DNA from: a virus
Lineage: Duplodnaviria; Caudoviricetes
Virus record (IMG/VR): IMGVR_UViG_3300044513_000191
Span: 1-30,239 of that record
Strand: one strand, 5' to 3'
DNA length: 30,239 nt
Each line of letters opens with the position of its first letter. Position 1 is the first letter of the stretch. The notes below the pieces were generated by a model. It saw only the letters and a list, made by a program, of their open reading frames with translations. It made no database searches and was not told where the DNA came from. The position numbers and the translations under genes are program-made. Below, piece after piece: positions 24,435 to 30,239 of this stretch.

Positions 24435-24983
24435 TTAAGAGTTTGTACCTTCTGTTACTGTTACAGTTGCGCTAGTCATTCCTGCGAATGGGTCAGCAGC
24501 GGTTGGTGCAGAAACAAAGTTAGCAGGTTTTACTTCCTGTGCGTTTAGCGTTAATGAGTACCCTGAAAGCGAATCCATACTTGCCCCAGTACTTATGCTG
24601 CCCCCAGTTACTTCTGCTCCGTGTTGTAATCCCATAACAAACACATTTCCGTTATAATCTTCAACTGCTACGTGTGGTCTACCATAAGCCAATAGTTTTA
24701 ATTCTTTGTTATCTTCTTTACTTAATTTTTTCAAAGTAAGTGTTAAAGTTTGGTCAAAGAAAGTCGTTCCGTTTTCACGTGAAGAAGTAATAGCCTGTTC
24801 AAAGCTACTATTTCCTTTCAATTCGTATTTAAAAGCAGTAAAAGTTCCTGTCATATCAGTAATCTCATCGTCTGTTTCTGTTACCGTTCCATAATCTCCG
24901 AAATCAGTAAAGTAAACAGCTTTAAGACCACCCACCACATCTTTGCAGGGTTCTTTTCTACCTTTGGTTAAATCACAAGCCAT
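24435..24983 (-). CDS. Putative major tail (tube) protein
   Basis: MACDLTKGRKEPCKDVVGGLKAVYF...SRENGTTFFDQTL...GYSLTL; 182 aa, directly after the capsid gene. Confidence 0.7.
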   Translation of the reverse strand: MACDLTKGRKEPCKDVVGGLKAVYFTDFGDYGTVTETDDEITDMTGTFTAFKYELKGNSSFEQAITSSRENGTTFFDQTLTLTLKKLSKEDNKELKLLAYGRPHVAVEDYNGNVFVMGLQHGAEVTGGSISTGASMDSLSGYSLTLNAQEVKPANFVSAPTAADPFAGMTSATVTVTEGTNS

Positions 24984-24996
24984 ATTTTTTATATTA

Positions 24997-25035
24997 AAAA
25001 AGGGTAAGTAGGCACAATCGGCTTACCCACCCTTT
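24997..25035 (-). terminator. Rho-independent terminator between capsid and tail tube genes
   Basis: AGGGTGGGTAAGC...GCCTACTTACCCT stem followed by a T-tract. Confidence 0.75.
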
Positions 25036-25054
25036 AAGTTAGTTAATCTTTTTA

Positions 25055-25993
25055 TTAGATACCGTAAGATACGATGTCAGAAACGATTCCGTATTGTACA
25101 CCTGCAGTAAATCTCATTACTACACGTACATTTTGTGAACCATCAATATCAGCCATATCAATAACTTTTACTTCGTTGTGGTCTGCTAATAAACCTGTAC
25201 CAAAGTATAAGTTAGATTTTTCAGCAGCAATTGCAGTGTTATCAGCTAATCCGTTTGCAACAAAGATTTTAACTCCGTCAAAAGTTAAACTTCCATTGTT
25301 CCACCATTGAGTACCCATAGCGTTTGTACCTGCTGCTCCTAATCCAGAAGTTCCAAATCCACCTAAAGCTCTTACATAAGCTCTAGCGATATTTTGTGAA
25401 ACATAGATATTTAAATCTTCACTTCCGTAAACAGTAGAAGGAATAGCATCTACGATACTTCCTAATTGTGCAATTACGTTTGCAGCATCTACAGTAGTAC
25501 CTGCAATTTTAGAACCACCTGTATGAGCAATATCTGCATCAAGTAAAGTAGTTAATCCATCAAATTGTCCGCTTGTAGCAGTAGAACCTTCCCAGATAGA
25601 AGTTTCAGTTCTTTGTGCTACTTTAGCTGCTACGTGTCCGATTAAGAAATCAGAGAAAGAAGAAGGTAAAGTATCAAAAGCTGAATATCCCATAGAGATA
25701 GCATCCCAATCATTTTGGAAATCTTTCTTACATAGTTGTAAGTTTACTTGTTGGTATTCTGGTTGTAATACTCTTTCATCAAGTGTAATTGTAGAAGTTC
25801 CAACAAAATCACAAGCCGCATCTGTTACGATGTCGTTTGTAGAAACTGTTTTTAATACTTCTTTAAATTTAATGTTTGGTTTAACAGTGATTCCACCGTT
25901 TTCAATTGTTGAACCACTTAATAGAGCAGCAGATATATATTGTCCTGCAAATTCTCCTGCATAAGTAGTAGTAATACTTGTTGTAGTTGCCAT
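25055..25993 (-). CDS. Major capsid protein
   Basis: 312 aa; TTYAGEFAG...IWEG...FDG...DGSQNVRVVMRFTAGVQYG; follows the scaffold and precedes a strong terminator. Confidence 0.82.
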   Translation of the reverse strand: MATTTSITTTYAGEFAGQYISAALLSGSTIENGGITVKPNIKFKEVLKTVSTNDIVTDAACDFVGTSTITLDERVLQPEYQQVNLQLCKKDFQNDWDAISMGYSAFDTLPSSFSDFLIGHVAAKVAQRTETSIWEGSTATSGQFDGLTTLLDADIAHTGGSKIAGTTVDAANVIAQLGSIVDAIPSTVYGSEDLNIYVSQNIARAYVRALGGFGTSGLGAAGTNAMGTQWWNNGSLTFDGVKIFVANGLADNTAIAAEKSNLYFGTGLLADHNEVKVIDMADIDGSQNVRVVMRFTAGVQYGIVSDIVSYGI

Positions 25994-26004
25994 AATTTAT
26001 TTAT

Positions 26005-26625
26005 TTATTTTTTTATTTGTGATATTTTTTGTAATACTTTATCCGCAGTAGTCATAGTTCTATTTTGTGCGAATAGATTTAAGTTTGGTTTTGATTCAGC
26101 TTCTGGGTTGTGAGTAATTTTTTCCACAGGTGTTTCAATAGATAATTCTTCTTTTACTTCTTCCTTTTCAGCGTAAACCGTTTTAGTTGTAGTCTCTTCT
26201 GATTTAACAGTATTAGATTCTACCTCTTCGCTCATTTCTTCTTTAGGTTCAATCATTGCTTTGATTTCATCAATCATTGCCTTAATTTCAGAAAGTTCTG
26301 CTTTAGTAGCGTATTCCATTTCCTCCTTATCTTCTTCTGCTGCTTCAACTTCTTCTGCTTCGGCAGGTTCTTCAACTGCACCTACTGATGCAATGATTCC
26401 CTCTTTCTCTACTACTAAAGTTTCTCCATCTTCAAGTTTGTACTCTCCGATTGGTAAAGCTACCTTTTCATCTTCTGTTATAATGAACACGTCGCTTCCT
26501 GCTTCAAATGATTCACTTTCTATAACAGTACCGTTTTCTAGTGTGGCTTGAGCCAACTTAACTTCTTCGGATAATTCTACCCCAATAAGTTCTTTTACTT
26601 TGTTTAACATATCTGTTGCTTTCAT
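26005..26625 (-). CDS. Putative scaffolding protein
   Basis: Very acidic 206 aa protein (LPIGEYKLEDG) upstream of the capsid gene. Confidence 0.7.
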   Translation of the reverse strand: MKATDMLNKVKELIGVELSEEVKLAQATLENGTVIESESFEAGSDVFIITEDEKVALPIGEYKLEDGETLVVEKEGIIASVGAVEEPAEAEEVEAAEEDKEEMEYATKAELSEIKAMIDEIKAMIEPKEEMSEEVESNTVKSEETTTKTVYAEKEEVKEELSIETPVEKITHNPEAESKPNLNLFAQNRTMTTADKVLQKISQIKK

Positions 26626-26633
26626 ATAATATT

Positions 26634-26659
26634 ACAATAAATTAATAATTTGTTTGTTA
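26634..26659 (-). promoter_or_regulatory. Late promoter motif copy 5, upstream of scaffold/capsid
   Basis: Plus strand acaataa-13 nt-ttgtta; 8 nt from ATG 26625. Confidence 0.75.
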
Positions 26660-26664
26660 TAAAT

Positions 26665-26802
26665 TCATTCAGTTCCTGTTATGTTCCCTATCCCTTGTGC
26701 TTGATAACTACCATCACAACATTTTCTTGAATAGGTTTTACCATCTTTGCACATACACGCTCTTTTGTCGTTTTGTGGACTTGGGTTTCTTTCTTTTTCC
26801 AT
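26665..26802 (-). CDS. 45-aa Cys-rich peptide
   Basis: Probable ATG at 26802 (TAATG overlap): MEKERNPSPQNDKRACMCKDGKTYSRKCCDGSYQAQGIG... Confidence 0.7.
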   Translation of the reverse strand: MEKERNPSPQNDKRACMCKDGKTYSRKCCDGSYQAQGIGNITGTE

Positions 26803-27434
26803 TAGCTTAAACTTCCATTTTGTGTTCGTTGTATAAAATATATCACATCCCAAATTTCAGCAGTTCCACCGTGTGCTTGGATTCTAATCTCAACTCCATT
26901 CTGCACAAAGTTTGTATCGGTATAGTATTGAAATATTTCGTGTTCGTTTTGAATTGTATCATTTCCTTTATAGAATGGAATTACTTTACTTATTCTCTCA
27001 ATTTCCCCATCTCCTACAAATCGTAAGTCTAAATGAGTTTGATTTGCGTTAGGACATCTCATTTTAAATACAACTGTAGTAATGTAAGTATCATTAGCGT
27101 TCAATCCAAGTATTTTTTTGGTTACACTATTGTAGAAATCATTAGTACCACTTTTAACTACATTCCCTGCGTTGTTGGGCATTACAACCTCAACCCCATC
27201 TGCTAAATCTAAAGTATCATCAGAACCTACATATTCCGTATCATCATATCTTGCCCAACCCAATGAATTTACACCACCTTGTGGATAAACTATTACGTTT
27301 TGACCATTATGACCCATATACAAGGCTTCATCAGTATGCAGCATAGCACCTTGTTCGATGTTTACACTATCTACTTCTGCTTGGTCAGTATGAAATACGT
27401 GTACTTTATAAGAAGTATTTTTAGTTGTCCCCAT
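26802..27434 (-). CDS. Hypothetical beta-rich protein in the head module (possible decoration protein)
   Basis: 210 aa ORF between the protease and the scaffold. Confidence 0.55.
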   Translation of the reverse strand: MGTTKNTSYKVHVFHTDQAEVDSVNIEQGAMLHTDEALYMGHNGQNVIVYPQGGVNSLGWARYDDTEYVGSDDTLDLADGVEVVMPNNAGNVVKSGTNDFYNSVTKKILGLNANDTYITTVVFKMRCPNANQTHLDLRFVGDGEIERISKVIPFYKGNDTIQNEHEIFQYYTDTNFVQNGVEIRIQAHGGTAEIWDVIYFIQRTQNGSLS

Positions 27435-28320
27435 CTATTTGTTTTAATTTAGATTCAGCCCAAGATTTAGCGCTTTTTCCTCCCCATAATAAATAAGATA
27501 TATATCCACAGGCTTCTGTATCTCCTTTTTCGTAATATACTTCTGCTCTTGATAAATAACTAAACATCCTCTTTATGGTTGCTTTGCTAATAGGTTCTTT
27601 ATTTGCTAACTGTTGCGCTCTTACTTTTCCAACTTGTGTAGCACATTTGTTTCCTACTTTTTTGTTAAGTTCAATACCACGTTTAGCATTATTTGAAACA
27701 CTATCAGGATAATCTGAATATGATTCTAATTGTTCTTCTTGTAAAAGTTCTTTTAGTTCTTCTAATAAATATTCATCTTCTATTTTAGATAGATTGTTTG
27801 GTTCATTTGGTCTTTCTAGTTTGTCAGCAAAGTAACCCTCTATTGAAAATCCTTTTACCTTTCCTTCTTTGACTTGTTTCCATACGTCATCATTTAAAAC
27901 CTTCATAGATACCATCCAAGTTCCAATAGGTACGTTTAAATCGTACATTCTACTTTTATCTTGTTCAGATTCTACTATCCAACTTTCAACAGCAGTTAAT
28001 CCTTTAAGTTCTAATTGGTGTTCTAGTGTTGCATTGTTTTGATTACCTTTTATAAAGAATAATTCACTTGCTTTACGGACTGTATTTTTAGAAAAGTATA
28101 TATAATATTCTTGTTCTCCACTAGTTCTGTAAATTGGTTTATTAGGTATCAAAGCCGCACCCATTAAAATACGCTTTTCTTTATCAACTTCTGCAAGTTT
28201 AAATTCTTGATTCTTTAATGCAATAAAGTCTGATTCAATAGCTGGATTTTCAACTACGCTAATAGCTTCAATTCCTGATACTTCATCTGTTTCATCTATA
28301 AAAAGTTCTATTATATCCAT
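27421..28320 (-). CDS. Prohead protease (XkdF-like) with an extra C-terminal helical domain
   Basis: AISVVENPAIE, TLEH, VESW, PIGTW and VKGFSIEG motifs; the C-terminal domain ends SYLLWGG. Confidence 0.8.
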   Translation of the reverse strand: MDIIELFIDETDEVSGIEAISVVENPAIESDFIALKNQEFKLAEVDKEKRILMGAALIPNKPIYRTSGEQEYYIYFSKNTVRKASELFFIKGNQNNATLEHQLELKGLTAVESWIVESEQDKSRMYDLNVPIGTWMVSMKVLNDDVWKQVKEGKVKGFSIEGYFADKLERPNEPNNLSKIEDEYLLEELKELLQEEQLESYSDYPDSVSNNAKRGIELNKKVGNKCATQVGKVRAQQLANKEPISKATIKRMFSYLSRAEVYYEKGDTEACGYISYLLWGGKSAKSWAESKLKQIDGDN

Positions 28321-28326
28321 ATTTAA

Positions 28327-28352
28327 ACAATAAATTTTAACTTGTTTTGTTA
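28327..28352 (-). promoter_or_regulatory. Late promoter motif copy 6, upstream of the protease
   Basis: Plus strand acaataa-13 nt-ttgtta; 6 nt from ATG 28320. Confidence 0.75.
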
Positions 28353-28356
28353 TTTA

Positions 28357-29874
28357 TTAACCTAGTGAAGCACCATTAACAATATTTCTATCTAATGCTT
28401 GTGCGTTTGTTACATCATTACTTACAACGTATGCTTTTACTGGTTCTTTTTTATCCTGACCGATTGTTTGTGCTAATTGGTTTTCGGGCGATGAACCTAC
28501 TACGTTGAAACTAGGGGGGCTTGGTGCTGATGATGCTCCACGACTTCCTTTCATACCCCCTCCGGTTGGGATTTTGACGCTTGTTATTTCTTTAACGGTT
28601 TTAATACCAGAGGCTAATACACCTGCTGCTGATATTGTTTTTTGAATAGAACCAAATGGTTCAGGTATTGTTGTAGGCGTTTTTAAGACTTCAGTAAAAC
28701 CTAAATAACTATTAATTGTAGCTTGTGCTATTGCTGCTGCTTTACCTGCTGCACTATTTTCGCCTAGCAAAGCAGTTATGCCTCCAAGAGTTTGACTTGT
28801 TAAATCTAATTTTTGTTGATTTGTTAATTCATCTTGTGCTTGTTCTTGTAAAGAAGATTGATTTTTTAAGTTGTTTAAATCAGCGGTAGCTATTTTTTGT
28901 TCCTCAATTCCTTTTATTTGAATTTTATTTATTTCATCGCTTTGCTTTTGTATTGCATCAAGCTCTGCTTTTCTTTCATTAGCTTTTGCATCCGCTTCTG
29001 CTTTTCTTAAACCCGCCGCGACTCCTAAAAGCTCTTTGTTTTTAATTAAACGCTGTTCTTCTAGCGATATAACGTTTGCGATTAGCTGTGCTTCTTCGTC
29101 TAAATCTTCTTTTTTGGATTCACTTAAAGTATTTTCTTGAATTTTTATATCTCTCCTAGTTTCTGCTAGTCCAACCTCTTTAGCAGTAATCTCATCTTCT
29201 AATGCTGCTGCTTTTTCAAGAAATGCTATTCTTTGTTCTGCTGTGAATTTATCAACCTCCGCTGCTTTAGTTTTTAATTTATTTATCTCAACGTTTGTTT
29301 TTGCTCTTTCTATTAAAAGTTCTCTTTCAAGTTTATTAGCATCAGCAATTTTATCTGCTAATTCCCCTGCTAAAGCTATTTCTTTTGTAGTTTCTTTTCC
29401 AAAGTTTTTAATCCTATCTTGAAACGTATCAAACGCCTTACCTGCTTCGTCAAAGTTTCCAGTAAATACGTTGTATATTACATCTCCTAAACTATAAAAT
29501 ATATCGCCTACATTTCCCGCAACAACTCCTAATTGAGATAATATTTTAGCAAATCTATTTTGACCCTGTTCACTTGATGTAAATGCTGCTGTAAGCGAAG
29601 TAACCGCTATTATTAAAGCACCTATGCCTGTTGCTATGATAGCACCTTTCAAGGTTTTAAAACTTCCTATTACACCCTTTAAGGTACCTTTAAGTCCTTT
29701 AAATTTAGTTATTGCACCACCTGTAACATTATCAAGCTGACCACCTAATTCTTCTGTATTTGCTGTTACTTTTTCTGTTTCATCCGCAACACCTTTAACA
29801 GACTTTTGCAATTCTTTAGAATTTTTAACTGCGCTATCCGTTTTTAGTTTAACTTCTATTTCTACTTTTCCCAT
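28357..29874 (-). CDS. Tape measure protein (short, 505 aa)
   Basis: Ala/Lys/Glu-rich helical protein with ATGIGALIIAV, a long coiled coil and C-terminal PVKAYVVSNDVTNAQ. Confidence 0.75.
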   Translation of the reverse strand: MGKVEIEVKLKTDSAVKNSKELQKSVKGVADETEKVTANTEELGGQLDNVTGGAITKFKGLKGTLKGVIGSFKTLKGAIIATGIGALIIAVTSLTAAFTSSEQGQNRFAKILSQLGVVAGNVGDIFYSLGDVIYNVFTGNFDEAGKAFDTFQDRIKNFGKETTKEIALAGELADKIADANKLERELLIERAKTNVEINKLKTKAAEVDKFTAEQRIAFLEKAAALEDEITAKEVGLAETRRDIKIQENTLSESKKEDLDEEAQLIANVISLEEQRLIKNKELLGVAAGLRKAEADAKANERKAELDAIQKQSDEINKIQIKGIEEQKIATADLNNLKNQSSLQEQAQDELTNQQKLDLTSQTLGGITALLGENSAAGKAAAIAQATINSYLGFTEVLKTPTTIPEPFGSIQKTISAAGVLASGIKTVKEITSVKIPTGGGMKGSRGASSAPSPPSFNVVGSSPENQLAQTIGQDKKEPVKAYVVSNDVTNAQALDRNIVNGASLG

Positions 29875-30011
29875 AATTTATTTTTGTATTGTTGGTATGC
29901 TTCTTTAATTGATTCGGGGTATTTGTTTTTGCCTAAAGCAATGTCTATATATTGACCTTTCCATTTTTCAGTTCTTGCAAACTCCAATAAGTTTAATATA
30001 TTTTGTATCAT
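29862..30011 (-). CDS. 49-aa hypothetical protein (not in track)
   Basis: MIQNILNLLEFARTEKWKGQYIDIALGKNKYP...WEK*; TAATG overlap with the large tail protein stop. Confidence 0.7.
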   Translation of the reverse strand: MIQNILNLLEFARTEKWKGQYIDIALGKNKYPESIKEAYQQYKNKLWEK

Positions 30012-30016
30012 TATGA

Positions 30017-30239
30017 TGTTGATTCTATGTCTCCAAATCCGTTTAATATTCCTAAAACTCCTGATGAGAAAGTTCCTGATATGTTTGTAGCACCTTTAAT
30101 CCAAACTTTTCTGTAATTAAATTCATCTGTACCCCAAGCAATTTCTGCATTTGATACATCTCCTACAATAAATTTACCTGTATTACCATTTGAATCAACG
30201 TGCCTAAATGTATGAGATACTTCATACCAAGTATCTTTT
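30017..30239. repeat. Direct terminal repeat, right copy
   Basis: Matches 1-223 with one mismatch; encodes the last residues of the large tail protein. Confidence 0.97.

Noticed and set aside
3181-27026. All plus-strand ORFs in the track (e.g. 6752-7144, 8105-8416, 12325-12654, 21291-21602, 26261-26551)
   Set aside because: They are antisense shadows of well-supported minus-strand genes, with no motifs and no plus-strand promoters or terminators seen.
1-30239. CRISPR array, tRNA, integrase/att site, IS element, or diversity-generating retroelement
   Set aside because: By eye I found no spaced repeats, cloverleaf, recombinase, transposase or reverse transcriptase motifs; the only long repeat is the terminal one. 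Small RNAs cannot be excluded without a covariance search.

Overview
This window is an apparently complete ~30.0 kb genome of an AT-rich tailed phage (siphovirus-type). A Flavobacteriia/Bacteroidota host is inferred from TAnnTTT(G/A) promoters, a DUF3127-like protein, A-rich start regions without Shine-Dalgarno sequences and a Flavobacteria-phage-type gene order. Bases 1-223 repeat at 30017-30239 with one synonymous mismatch, so the sequence closes into a 30,016 bp circle. Every credible gene is on the minus strand. Modules: head (protease, scaffold, capsid, portal), tail tube, tail and tape-measure genes, a fibre module, a lysis cassette, recombination/replication genes (NinG, ERF, SSB-like, DnaB-like helicase, RecE-like exonuclease), an ECF-type sigma factor, terminase, and a tail chaperone pair with a -1 frameshift site. 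I recognise no integrase, repressor, DNA polymerase or primase. Best candidates for new biology: (1) a three-gene cassette whose thymidylate-synthase homologue carries the Asn->Asp and His substitutions that switch specificity from dUMP to dCMP, next to a GIY-YIG-like/MazG fusion, suggesting a minimal 5-methylcytosine replacement system in a phage without its own polymerase; (2) a six-copy late promoter motif, TAACAA-N13-TTATTGT, 6-8 nt from the start codon in five copies, implying leaderless late mRNAs driven by the phage sigma; (3) a three-heptad 'AD' peptide shared by two structural proteins that may dock the same T4 gp9/gp10-like fibre trimer. All family assignments come from motif recognition, not database searches.
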